Virus record (IMG/VR): IMGVR_UViG_3300046822_000192
Source: an uncultured virus (IMG/VR IMGVR_UViG_3300046822_000192)
Taxonomy: Duplodnaviria; Heunggongvirae; Uroviricota; Caudoviricetes
Length of the DNA stretch: 64,000 nucleotides
Direction: 5' to 3' (one strand)
Shown piece after piece: positions 20,231-29,463 of the stretch (position 1 is the stretch's first letter; each line of letters opens with the position of its first letter). A program made the position numbers and the translations under genes. The notes below the pieces were generated by a model that saw only the letters and a program-made list of their open reading frames with translations, did not search any database and was not told where the DNA came from.

Positions 20231-20812
20231 ATGAATCTAACGGATCTGGCGATTAAATACAGCTCAGATAAATATTACAAGCACAGCTATATTCCAGTGT
20301 ATGAGAAGCTGTTCGCCGGGTTCACTCCGAAACGGGTGCTGGAGATCGGTATCGGCTACCCGGAATTGATGCAACGGCAACTTCCGGCTGATGTGGAGTG
20401 GAAGTCTGCATCTAGCTTACATATGTGGGCGGAATTGTGGCCGGATGCTGAAATCACCGGAGTGGATATTCGTGAAGATGTGTGTATCAATGAGGGGAAT
20501 ATTCGCAGCCTTGTTGTCGATCAGTCCAGCGCAGCCAGCTTGATGAAGCTATATGAATATGGTCCGTTCGACTTGATTATTGATGATGGCAGTCACCGGC
20601 AGTATGATCAGCTTCTAACGTCGCATATATTACTTCCGTGGTTAACCTATGCAGGTGTGTATGTGATCGAGGATGTATTACCGACACATGGAATATCACT
20701 AGCTGCAACTTGCGGAGGCTTGTATCTGAATCTGGGACGCTGTTACGACGATAATATGGTGGTGATTCCGGGAAGGGATTACCCGAGATACACCCGAGAG
20801 GATTTTATATGA
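20231..20812 (+). CDS. Class I SAM sugar O-methyltransferase-like
   Basis: SDK..HSY..YE, VLEIGI, FDLIIDDGSH, YVIED. Confidence 0.85.
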   Translation: MNLTDLAIKYSSDKYYKHSYIPVYEKLFAGFTPKRVLEIGIGYPELMQRQLPADVEWKSASSLHMWAELWPDAEITGVDIREDVCINEGNIRSLVVDQSSAASLMKLYEYGPFDLIIDDGSHRQYDQLLTSHILLPWLTYAGVYVIEDVLPTHGISLAATCGGLYLNLGRCYDDNMVVIPGRDYPRYTREDFI

Positions 20813-21450
20813 CAGTAGACCACAGCCTTGCGGACGTGAAGCTTCCAGATTTCATTGAATGGTGGACTCCGGAACGCATCGAAGCAGCCGTCGCAACATG
20901 GAAAGAACAGAAGGGTCATTTGGAGTTCTCCGGATGGATTCGCGGCGTCATGCGCAAATATCACCTGTCCTCTGTTATAGAACTGGGGTGCGGTGCAGGC
21001 TTCAATGGCGCGGAATTGGCGGAGTTCGACTATCTAGGTACAGATGGCAGTCCTGCAATGATTGCTGTAGCTAAGGAGCACAATCCTGAAGGCAAGTATG
21101 CGGTTGCAAATATCCGGAACTTGGAAGGGCGCTCTGCAGAACTATCGTGCTCGTTTGCTGTTCTCAAACATTTCAATGTGGAAGATCAGCGAGAGATTCT
21201 AACCAAGATGCTTGCGGCAGGCCGGAAGTACGCTCTGATTCACATTCAAGTCACAGACGGCCCAAGTATCAATATCCCAGAAGACTACAATCATACGTGG
21301 TTAAATCGTGACGACCTAGCAGATATCATCACGGCGGCTGGGTTCGAAATTATAGACATGCTAGGCTGCAAAACTAACGGCGATACTAGATGGGAAGGCG
21401 CAATTGTCATGAGGAGAATTGATGTCACTACTGACAATCACGGCGGCTAA
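20809..21450 (+). CDS. Class I SAM methyltransferase
   Basis: VIELGCGAG, GTDGSPAMI, AVLKH. Confidence 0.85.
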   Translation: MTVDHSLADVKLPDFIEWWTPERIEAAVATWKEQKGHLEFSGWIRGVMRKYHLSSVIELGCGAGFNGAELAEFDYLGTDGSPAMIAVAKEHNPEGKYAVANIRNLEGRSAELSCSFAVLKHFNVEDQREILTKMLAAGRKYALIHIQVTDGPSINIPEDYNHTWLNRDDLADIITAAGFEIIDMLGCKTNGDTRWEGAIVMRRIDVTTDNHGG

Positions 21451-22441
21451 TGCTTATCCAGGTTTCGTGCAGGTAGAGTTTATGTTGCGCAACTTGGCAG
21501 CGCAAACATACCGAGATTTTGAGCTTATTTTTCTGGATATTTCTTACGAAGAGAATAAAGCTGCAGTTGACGAATTGTCCAGACACTTAGGACTGCAAAA
21601 GGTTGTGCACATGCCTACCTGTAGAGCTAAGCATGTTGCTCAGCAGGTACATTGGGAACTGTTCAATAACAGTTTAGTGCTAGCGAGTAATCCCTGGATA
21701 CTACAATTTGGTATCTACAGATACATGCATCGTAGATCGGTAGAGATTGCTGTAGGATACATGCAACGTAATACATGTATCGTGTTTGCTCAGAATCCAG
21801 TAGACTATAGTACCCTATTATTACAAGACTACGATTTAATAGAAAGACTGAATGGGATGTCTATCGACACTAAACCATATCCATACTTAGCGCAATCTGG
21901 GTTTTTTTCAATTCCAAGGGATGTATTCATTGATCAGCTAAACGGCCATAGTGAACCGCTTACCGCGCATCATTGGGTAGACTGTGATTTGATGCAGCGT
22001 TCGCGTCACCTTCCATTGGAAGTCAGTTATATGGAAAGGGCGCTTTTGCGCATTTCTCGGCTGCCGGGGGATATGCGCTATCTCGGAGCGCGTACAGAAA
22101 AAGTAGTTTGTGCACCAGAATATTTAGACTGTCCGTGGAATATGTTTGCTGCAGCTAGTTATAAAGATAGCAACCTTCCAGAAAATCCCAACACATCGCA
22201 TATTATACACGCCGGGTATGAATGGTTACAATGCCGCCGCTGTGGGATATTAATTGTTGAACAACCAGAGAAGTTCGCATCTTATCTATTAACAAATAAG
22301 ATTGTGAAAGCTCCCATCAATCTTGGTGGAGTTGGCCGAAACCTGCGGATACTGGCAGACGATTTGCGCGGTAAAACAATTTCCGAAAAGACGCAGATTT
22401 TACGTGACAGTCATACAAATCCGAGGTATCTTAGCGCGTGA
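21422..22441 (+). CDS. GT-A (GT2-like) glycosyltransferase
   Basis: L..QTYRDFELIFLD; DCDLMQR. Confidence 0.7.
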   Translation: MSLLTITAANAYPGFVQVEFMLRNLAAQTYRDFELIFLDISYEENKAAVDELSRHLGLQKVVHMPTCRAKHVAQQVHWELFNNSLVLASNPWILQFGIYRYMHRRSVEIAVGYMQRNTCIVFAQNPVDYSTLLLQDYDLIERLNGMSIDTKPYPYLAQSGFFSIPRDVFIDQLNGHSEPLTAHHWVDCDLMQRSRHLPLEVSYMERALLRISRLPGDMRYLGARTEKVVCAPEYLDCPWNMFAAASYKDSNLPENPNTSHIIHAGYEWLQCRRCGILIVEQPEKFASYLLTNKIVKAPINLGGVGRNLRILADDLRGKTISEKTQILRDSHTNPRYLSA

Positions 22442-23433
22442 CAACAGCACGAATTCTCATACCGCCCGGTATTGGTGATATCTATTGGGTCCTCGTGAAG
22501 CTCCGCGCCTTTCTGAAATCTAAAGGTATCGACAGAGCCGAGCTGACAATGGTAACCGATCCGCACGAGCACGACTCGCATTTGAGAGCGCTGCCATACC
22601 TGCAGATGTTTGATTGGTTTGACGTTAGCGACATAGTCACAGTACCGAATGACCGGCAGAATGTGGATATCTGGCAAGAAGCATATCTCGGGCCAGGACG
22701 CTCTATCTTTGAAAATGTTCAGGGTTACGATTACTTTCTGTGCTATAACGGGCGTATCAATTCCGGTGGATTTATCGAGACGGATGAACTGGCATGCGAA
22801 TGGCAACCGCAAATGTCTCCTATCGCGGAGAAAGTAATTAATCAATATGCTGCCGAGTATGCCAGTCTCCCATCTTATTTCAAAGATCGTCCCGGCCAAG
22901 GCTATATGGTTCTGTTTTGGCCTTTCTATGGAGACCATCTGCACACATTGGCGGACTTCTCTATCAAAGAGATAGCCGAAGTATTGAATGCCTTCCGGGA
23001 TCGTACGCGCCTAATTCCTATATTCATTGGAGCGGCATTCGACAAGATCTACAATACAGCACTGCAGGATCTAGTCGATCTTGTACCATGTTCCTGTAAC
23101 TGGACCGGAGAATTAACGCTACATGAGACGCTTGGATTGATAAAGTCTGCCGGTATGGTAACTGGTTATCACTCCGGTATCACCAATCTTGCTGCCGCAA
23201 TGGGCGTCAAAACGTGCTTATTGTGGGGTGACAGGTATCCGAGTACTACCTCATGGGCCGTTGTTCCGCCAGACTCCCGAGGTACTAACTATCTAGCACT
23301 GGAGAGTGTTGGATTGGCAGCAGAGACGTATTTCTATACCTTAGCGGGGTTGTATGGCGGGCCTTTCATCGAAAAAATATCTCCACGTCCGGGCGATCCA
23401 TGGTATAAAGATCCGGCAATTGAAGGAGTTTAG
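22438..23433 (+). CDS. GT9-like glycosyltransferase, paralog of 19037-20230
   Basis: PPGIGDIYW; HSGITNLAAAMGVKTCLLW. Confidence 0.7.
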   Translation: MTTARILIPPGIGDIYWVLVKLRAFLKSKGIDRAELTMVTDPHEHDSHLRALPYLQMFDWFDVSDIVTVPNDRQNVDIWQEAYLGPGRSIFENVQGYDYFLCYNGRINSGGFIETDELACEWQPQMSPIAEKVINQYAAEYASLPSYFKDRPGQGYMVLFWPFYGDHLHTLADFSIKEIAEVLNAFRDRTRLIPIFIGAAFDKIYNTALQDLVDLVPCSCNWTGELTLHETLGLIKSAGMVTGYHSGITNLAAAMGVKTCLLWGDRYPSTTSWAVVPPDSRGTNYLALESVGLAAETYFYTLAGLYGGPFIEKISPRPGDPWYKDPAIEGV

Positions 23434-23434
23434 A

Positions 23435-24400
23435 TTGTTACCGACAGACCTACTACTTGAAGCGTACGAGCGGATGCTGACAATTCGCAGAGTTGAAGAG
23501 CGCATCGCAAAAGACTTTCTGGAGAATAAGATCTTCAGTTTCTATCACAGTTCTGCGGGCCAGGAAGCCGTGGCAGTTGGTGTCGCCCTGAATATGTCGG
23601 ATAACGATCGTATGTTCGGCAATCACCGCTCGCATGGGCACTATCTCGCCAAAGGTGGATCAATAAGTGGTCTATTTGCGGAGATCTACGGCAAGGCTAC
23701 AGGCTGCTGTAAAGGCTATGGCGGCTCAATGCATATGCTGGCTCGCGACAAAGGTTTCATGGGCACCACACCGATCCTGGGGAGTATAGCGCCCATCGGT
23801 ACTGGCAGCGCATTCCAACAGAAGGTTGCCGGTACAAAGGATGTTACTGTTGTGTTTGTCGGGGATGGCGCTACCGAAGAGGGTGCATTCTATGAGAGTG
23901 TGAACCTCGCAGCAACCATGAAACTTCCGATTGTATTTGTGATTGAAGATAATTTATATGCTGTCAATTCGCCGGAGTCTGCCCGGCGCTCACCGCTGTT
24001 TATTCGTAAGTTTGTTTACGAGGGTCTCGGTGCCCGCTACTTGATGTGCGACGGAAATGACTTCACAAATGTTTTCAGTCAAGCTGGCATGCTGATCAAA
24101 GCTGCGCGTAACGGTAAACCCGGCGTACTCTACGCTAGATGTTTCCGGCATATGTCGCACTCGGGACCGCTCAAGGATGAAAGTGTGCGTACTGTGGATA
24201 CGGAAGATGTTCGCAAGAAAAATGATCCTATCGAATTACTCCGGGATTCTATGCTGGAAGCCAGCATAGGAACTGTCGAAGATTTCGAATTGATCGACGA
24301 TCGGATTTCCGCGTACGCAGATTCTATCTTGAGTCAAGTTCCGGATCTACCGGTACGGCGCGGCACTGAGATTTTTGAAGGAGTCTATCATGACGCGTAA
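23435..24400 (+). CDS. TPP-dependent dehydrogenase E1 alpha-like subunit
   Basis: GQEAVAVG, HRSHGHYLAKG, GGSMH, GDGA..EG...N; TTG start after AAGGAG. Confidence 0.9.
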   Translation: MLPTDLLLEAYERMLTIRRVEERIAKDFLENKIFSFYHSSAGQEAVAVGVALNMSDNDRMFGNHRSHGHYLAKGGSISGLFAEIYGKATGCCKGYGGSMHMLARDKGFMGTTPILGSIAPIGTGSAFQQKVAGTKDVTVVFVGDGATEEGAFYESVNLAATMKLPIVFVIEDNLYAVNSPESARRSPLFIRKFVYEGLGARYLMCDGNDFTNVFSQAGMLIKAARNGKPGVLYARCFRHMSHSGPLKDESVRTVDTEDVRKKNDPIELLRDSMLEASIGTVEDFELIDDRISAYADSILSQVPDLPVRRGTEIFEGVYHDA

Positions 24401-25424
24401 ATTTACAGAAGCTATCCAGCTGGCTACACGGTCTGTTATGGAAGAGGATTCCAGTGTTCATGTTCTCGGACTTGGCGCAAACTATCCTAATGGTCTGGAC
24501 GGCACAATGGGTGATATTGCCGAGACCTTTCACGACCGTGTACATGATACACCTTGCAGTGAGAACGCTGTTACTGGTATGGCAGTAGGCATGGCAATCT
24601 CCGGTTTACGTCCGATCGTCCATCACGGACGAATCGAATTCGCTCTACATGCCATGGATCAGATTATCACGCAAGCTGCGAAGTGGAATTACATGTTCGG
24701 CGGGAACTATCCGTGTCCGTTGACGCTGCGCATTGCAATGGGCCGTCAATGGGGAAATGGACCGCAGCATACACTGTCCTATAAAGGGCTGTTCTCTGTA
24801 CCAGGACTTCAAGTAGTATGCCCATCCACCCCGCAGGCAGCATATTCGTTACTGCAAGCTGCTGTAGAGAATCCGAATCCGGTAGTATTTCTCGAATCAC
24901 GCTGGCTATACAAGACTCAAGGGACGATTATTAACACGTCCATGTTAATTAACAAGGCCATGATAATGCGCAGTGGTACAGACCTGACTATTGTGGCGGC
25001 AGGCGAGTTTGTCCTGGAAGCCTTACGTGCTGCAAAGGTACTTGGTGAGCATGGTATTTCGGTGGAAGTTATCGATCTTGTATCTGTCTACCCAATCGAC
25101 ATGGAGACTCTTCGCGAGTCTGTCGGTAAGACCGGCAAGTTGATGGTGATCGATTCTACATCCCAGTTTGCGATGGAAATTGCGGCGCGTGCCAATGTTC
25201 AAGGAGCTTCCGTGGTGACTCTGTCGTGTGTAGAATCGCCGTGCCCTACTGCTCCGTCTATGTCAGACTCGTACTATCCAACAGATCAGGATATTATCGG
25301 TGCGGTAAGCCAGTGGTTCGGTAAGTTTGATATCCCAGTCCTGGAAAAGACATTTGCGGAATTGAATCTTGCACCTACAGATAACTTTGACGAACTATAT
25401 GGAATCGATACAACGTCCGATTAA
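24390..25424 (+). CDS. TPP-dependent dehydrogenase E1 beta-like subunit
   Basis: DTPCSE, GLRPI, AMDQI, GPQH, NPVVFLE, EVIDL. Confidence 0.9.
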   Translation: MTRKFTEAIQLATRSVMEEDSSVHVLGLGANYPNGLDGTMGDIAETFHDRVHDTPCSENAVTGMAVGMAISGLRPIVHHGRIEFALHAMDQIITQAAKWNYMFGGNYPCPLTLRIAMGRQWGNGPQHTLSYKGLFSVPGLQVVCPSTPQAAYSLLQAAVENPNPVVFLESRWLYKTQGTIINTSMLINKAMIMRSGTDLTIVAAGEFVLEALRAAKVLGEHGISVEVIDLVSVYPIDMETLRESVGKTGKLMVIDSTSQFAMEIAARANVQGASVVTLSCVESPCPTAPSMSDSYYPTDQDIIGAVSQWFGKFDIPVLEKTFAELNLAPTDNFDELYGIDTTSD

Positions 25425-25749
25425 GCACGATAAGGGCTGGGGCTATGAATTGTGGATAGCCAATTCCCCGTTATACTGCGGTAAAGTTCTAGTGTTCAAT
25501 GCTGGCAAAGCCTGCAGCATGCACTTTCATCTTTTGAAACATGAAACATTCTTCCTGGAAAGTGGTCGTATTTCAGTGGAAATTCTGGAAGATGGAGTGC
25601 TTAGTACGCGACATATGGAGCCGGGGGATTCTATGGAGATTCCTCCCGGCACGATGCACAGAATTTGGGCAACTGAAGCAAGCCGCCTGTTCGAATTCAG
25701 TACGCAGCATTTCGAGACAGACAGCTATAGAATTGCGCGAGGCGATTGA
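25399..25749 (+). CDS. Cupin, sugar isomerase-like
   Basis: KGWGYE, CSMHFHLLKHETF, IPPGTMHR. Confidence 0.8.
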   Translation: MESIQRPIKHDKGWGYELWIANSPLYCGKVLVFNAGKACSMHFHLLKHETFFLESGRISVEILEDGVLSTRHMEPGDSMEIPPGTMHRIWATEASRLFEFSTQHFETDSYRIARGD

Positions 25750-26501
25750 TGTTATACCCGTGCGGTTCATCTAAACCGCCTAAAATAGAACACGGATCTC
25801 CGGCCAACAAAGGACAGGCATCACTGATCACAGGTGCCTCCAGCGGTCTCGGTCGCGAACTTTCCATTTTGTTTTCCAACATCGGCCATGTTATCCTCTC
25901 CGGCAGGAACAAAGTTGAGCTGGAAAAGACGGCAAGCTTATGCAAAGATCCTCACAACACGACATGCATTTACGGCGACTTGCACGACTCCGCAATTCAA
26001 GCACGCTTGGCGTATACTGGAGATTTGTACGGGATTCGATATCTGATTTTGTGCGCCGGTATCTACCAGCGAGCGCCGCTCATCGAATCGAGAATACTGT
26101 TACCCGGCCCGAGACATTCAATCGAACAGATGTTCGAGACCAACGTACTCGGTCACATTCAGCTTATTGAATCTCTGCATAATGTTCTGATACGCGGAGC
26201 TGTAGTCAATATCAACTCTCTCAGCGGGAAGTCATTTTCTCCCAGCGAGGCTGTCTATTCAGCTACCAAACACGCCATGGCTGGGTTCCTGAAAGCCTAC
26301 CGGATTGAGGCGCGTCATCGGCTTACTCGTGTGCTTGACGTGTTTCCTGGGGCTATCCAGACGCCAATGCTTGCCGGGCAGACGAACTATGAGAAAGCGA
26401 TGCTGCCGGTCGAGGTCGCCAAAACAATCTTCACAGTAGCTACCCTGGAATATCCGTCCTTGCAGATCGAAGAATTACATCTTGGAAGATTTATCTTGTA
26501 A
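25749..26501 (+). CDS. Short-chain dehydrogenase/reductase
   Basis: TGASSGLG, YSATK, PGAIQTPM. Confidence 0.9.
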   Translation: MLYPCGSSKPPKIEHGSPANKGQASLITGASSGLGRELSILFSNIGHVILSGRNKVELEKTASLCKDPHNTTCIYGDLHDSAIQARLAYTGDLYGIRYLILCAGIYQRAPLIESRILLPGPRHSIEQMFETNVLGHIQLIESLHNVLIRGAVVNINSLSGKSFSPSEAVYSATKHAMAGFLKAYRIEARHRLTRVLDVFPGAIQTPMLAGQTNYEKAMLPVEVAKTIFTVATLEYPSLQIEELHLGRFIL

Positions 26502-26533
26502 AGTGTTGTCAATTGTGATAACATTCTCTTCTC

Positions 26534-26764
26534 ATGTGGCGAAAAGGTGAAATCCCGATAGATCAAGCACAAGTTGTCGCGTTATTGAAAAGTCAGCAGG
26601 GTGATCAATCTCTGCGGGCGTTCTCCAGCCAGCTTGGCGTACAGCCTGCCTATCTCTGCCGTCTCTATCAAGGCACTAGACCGGTCAATACGACGGTGTT
26701 GGACTTTCTAGGTTACGAGCCGCAAATAATTTACACAAAGAAGTGGCGAAATGACAATTCATAG
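26534..26764 (+). CDS. Small HTH protein
   Basis: SLRAFSSQLGVQPAYLCRLYQG. Confidence 0.7.
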   Translation: MWRKGEIPIDQAQVVALLKSQQGDQSLRAFSSQLGVQPAYLCRLYQGTRPVNTTVLDFLGYEPQIIYTKKWRNDNS

Positions 26765-26942
26765 AAACGAAATTATGCATCATTATCTGTGCACGTGTGT
26801 ACGCTGCAGACCGTATTTGTATCACTATCCGTATCCACACTGGTTACCGTATCCGGTATATCCAGTGCCGGTGCCGGTCTGTGTTCCAATTCAAGTTCCA
26901 GTCCCAATATTCATTCCGGCGAGACCGGAGAGATGGAGATAA
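26751..26942 (+). CDS. Pro/Tyr-rich small protein
   Basis: YHYPYPHWLPYPVYPVPVPVCVP; fills gap between two genes. Confidence 0.5.
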   Translation: MTIHRNEIMHHYLCTCVRCRPYLYHYPYPHWLPYPVYPVPVPVCVPIQVPVPIFIPARPERWR

Positions 26943-26946
26943 AATT

Positions 26947-27639
26947 ATGGCAAAGAAGAGCATTAAAGTTGCGCCAAAACAGCGCGTGCTTGTAGATTTC
27001 ATTCAAGACCGTTCCGGTTCTATGTGCTCTACATGGAAGGATTGTTTGGGAGGGTTCGCCTCGTTTATCGAGGATCTGCGCAAGAATCCCGAAGTGGAAT
27101 ATCTTATTTCACTTACAGCATTTGATACCACTGTAGACAGAATCTACACAGCAATTCCATTGGGCAAAATCAACCCGGCTATTTTGGAAGATTACGGGCC
27201 GCGTGGCGGAACTGCTCTCTATGACGCTTTGGGAGACACGATTCTAGCAACAGAAACCGCTGAAAGTTTTGTTGACAAAGTCATCTATATCATTGTTACA
27301 GATGGCGAAGAGAATGCGAGCAGGCGCTTTGCAAAAGACATTGCATCGCTGGAATACCAGAGTCTCCACACTTTAATTGACCGGAAAATCCGGGAAGGTA
27401 AATCTACATTTCAGTATATCGGTGCACAGCCGGAGAGCTGGACGGATGCTAAGGCAATTGGATTGTCAGCCGGGCAGACCGTGCGGTATGATCTCGGAAG
27501 TACCGGTGCGATGTACGGGGCAATAGCGTCCGGAGTCAACAACTTCTCATGTTCAGCGTTCCGCTCGACACAGAGTATGACAGCCGACTTTGCAGATGAA
27601 ACACTGATCAAAGCTGCAAATCTCACTGTCAGTAAGTGA
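26947..27639 (+). CDS. von Willebrand factor A domain protein
   Basis: MIDAS DRSGS, GGTALYDA, IVTDGEENAS. Confidence 0.9.
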   Translation: MAKKSIKVAPKQRVLVDFIQDRSGSMCSTWKDCLGGFASFIEDLRKNPEVEYLISLTAFDTTVDRIYTAIPLGKINPAILEDYGPRGGTALYDALGDTILATETAESFVDKVIYIIVTDGEENASRRFAKDIASLEYQSLHTLIDRKIREGKSTFQYIGAQPESWTDAKAIGLSAGQTVRYDLGSTGAMYGAIASGVNNFSCSAFRSTQSMTADFADETLIKAANLTVSK

Positions 27640-27920
27640 GTGGTGACATGCGCCGAGCTATTGTAGTCGCAATCTTCTCGCTAGTGGTTGCTGCGTGCGT
27701 TCGCAAGACGCACGTGGCAGCCGTCCCGTCCATCGACCTGCCAAGAATCGCTAGCAATTCTTATGCTATATGGACTGTGAAGAAAGATACTTATGCAGTC
27801 TGGACACTCACCCCGCGAGATCTCAATGCTGCAAAGGACGCATTAAAATGCGGCATCTGCACGACACAGCCGACCGGTATGATGTGGTTCATAACGGTAA
27901 AAGTTCCGCACAAAGAATAG
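27636..27920 (+). CDS. Putative lipoprotein
   Basis: MRRAIVVAIFSLVVAAC, lipobox-like. Confidence 0.55.
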   Translation: MSGDMRRAIVVAIFSLVVAACVRKTHVAAVPSIDLPRIASNSYAIWTVKKDTYAVWTLTPRDLNAAKDALKCGICTTQPTGMMWFITVKVPHKE

Positions 27921-27938
27921 TTCCAGCACAGAAAATAG

Positions 27939-27967
27939 TTGACAGCTTGTTCAGTTTCTTGTAGCAT
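27939..27967 (+). promoter_or_regulatory. sigma70-type promoter for leaderless gene at 27975
   Basis: TTGACA-17-TAGCAT with extended TG; ATG 7 nt downstream. Confidence 0.65.
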
Positions 27968-27974
27968 ACATTTC

Positions 27975-28202
27975 ATGATTGATATTCATGATATGCTTGA
28001 TATTGAAGGCGTTATTGCAAATGCAGCTGTTGAAATTTCAAACAAGCTGCGTACTCAGCTTAAACCTGCATTTCGCTTAAAAGATTGTGATATTAACGAT
28101 AATCACGGGTCTTACACCGCTTGCGTTGGAACACTCAAAGTCAATATTGAAGCTCTCCGGGCAATGCTGAATCGGGTTGAAAAGGAAATTGGCAACTCAT
28201 GA
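27975..28202 (+). CDS. Hypothetical protein
   Basis: ORF directly after promoter. Confidence 0.55.
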   Translation: MIDIHDMLDIEGVIANAAVEISNKLRTQLKPAFRLKDCDINDNHGSYTACVGTLKVNIEALRAMLNRVEKEIGNS

Positions 28203-28441
28203 ATTGTACAATCTGCACACTTTCAATCTATGAGATGGACGCATCCATTGGGGATGGAGACGGTAGCGGCCAGAAGTTTGCGCACCCCGAGTGCTATTAC
28301 CGGCGCGAGGCGTCTAGGGCTTTACAGTCCAGAGAAGAAATGCAGGATACTCTTACTCGTGCGCAAGCGGAGTGTACCCGTCTAGTTAATGAAAATCGTG
28401 CACTGCGCAATATACTATTCCCCGCACCGTCCAAGACCTAA
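28199..28441 (+). CDS. Hypothetical protein (Zn site + coiled coil)
   Basis: CTIC...HPEC; ATGA overlap. Confidence 0.6.
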   Translation: MNCTICTLSIYEMDASIGDGDGSGQKFAHPECYYRREASRALQSREEMQDTLTRAQAECTRLVNENRALRNILFPAPSKT

Positions 28442-28840
28442 CGTAAATATCTGCTTGATCCTGCAACCGAAACCGGTTCCGGGCTGCTTCTTGACAGACG
28501 AGTAAAGCTCTTTATACGTCTCAGCTCTCTCCTTCTCGACAGTGGACTCACGCTCCGCAGCGGTAGTCAAAGCTTTCTGAGCATCCAGTTCTTTGGCACT
28601 CAGAGCCTGCTCACGCACTTCAAACTGCTTCTCCCGGTCCAAAGCATCATTCGTCGTCGAAAGCTTCGTGGTGACCTGTTCCAGCTGAATTAACTGGATA
28701 AGGATTTCACGCAACTCTTCGGACGTCAGCGGTTTATTGTCCTGGGGTAATGCTGGGGATGGCTGTTGCGATAGCCCGGTTGCGTACAACTTGGGCACGA
28801 ATAGCATCAGGCAAATCAGAAACAGGCACTTGTAACGCAT
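28415..28840 (-). CDS. Exported coiled-coil protein, probable outer spanin component
   Basis: N-terminal hydrophobic signal; start embedded in the i-spanin 3' end; no clean lipobox. Confidence 0.5.
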   Translation of the reverse strand: MRYKCLFLICLMLFVPKLYATGLSQQPSPALPQDNKPLTSEELREILIQLIQLEQVTTKLSTTNDALDREKQFEVREQALSAKELDAQKALTTAAERESTVEKERAETYKELYSSVKKQPGTGFGCRIKQIFTLGLGRCGE

Positions 28841-29192
28841 TTGATGTGGCTTCCTTTGCACGCGCATCGATCGTATCGAGCTGCGCCTTGAATTGCTGGC
28901 TGGCCGCACTACGAGCCTGCTGGAGCGCTAATAGCTGGGCATTGTTGCCTTGGATCAGTATCTCAACATCGGCGCGATCTTTGGCAATCTGAGCTTCCTG
29001 ATCGGCCCATTCCTTAGCCTTGGTTTTCTCGATCTCCGAGGCCATAGCCTTGCGACCTGATGTATCTCCCTTATAATACTGGGTGTTACCCCAGTACCGT
29101 AGACCCATGAAGATGGCTACAGCGATACCGGCGTAAATGAAATATTGCTGATATTTCTTGACAAACGGCAGAAATTGTAATAGCCAGAGCAT
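28734..29192 (-). CDS. Probable i-spanin (Rz-like)
   Basis: N-terminal TM plus coiled coil, after holin. Confidence 0.65.
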   Translation of the reverse strand: MLWLLQFLPFVKKYQQYFIYAGIAVAIFMGLRYWGNTQYYKGDTSGRKAMASEIEKTKAKEWADQEAQIAKDRADVEILIQGNNAQLLALQQARSAASQQFKAQLDTIDARAKEATSNALQVPVSDLPDAIRAQVVRNRAIATAIPSITPGQ

Positions 29193-29209
29193 GATTGATT
29201 ATACCACGA

Positions 29210-29443
29210 CTATTTTTGTTCTGACGGGGTCACTCCGGGAATTTTCCATTTGGAGACAGCATCCACAAGAGCCTGCCCGCCGATCGTGAAGAATCCGCAC
29301 GCGCCGACTACCCACAAAGCTTGCACAGATACATTCTCCGGTGTATGCATTTTTGTGGTTACAGCGACCAAGGCGAGAACTCCCATGACAACCACAACAA
29401 ACGATACTATTTTTCTAGATTTCAAACTTTCAGCCACAGACAT
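29210..29443 (-). CDS. Probable holin (2 TM)
   Basis: LKSRK followed by two hydrophobic helices; 77 aa. Confidence 0.65.
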   Translation of the reverse strand: MSVAESLKSRKIVSFVVVVMGVLALVAVTTKMHTPENVSVQALWVVGACGFFTIGGQALVDAVSKWKIPGVTPSEQK

Positions 29444-29463
29444 TGTCCTTTCTCCGATAAAGT

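Noticed and set aside
23435..25424. Pyruvate dehydrogenase as a central-metabolism auxiliary gene
   Set aside because: No E2/E3 genes and embedded among glycan genes.
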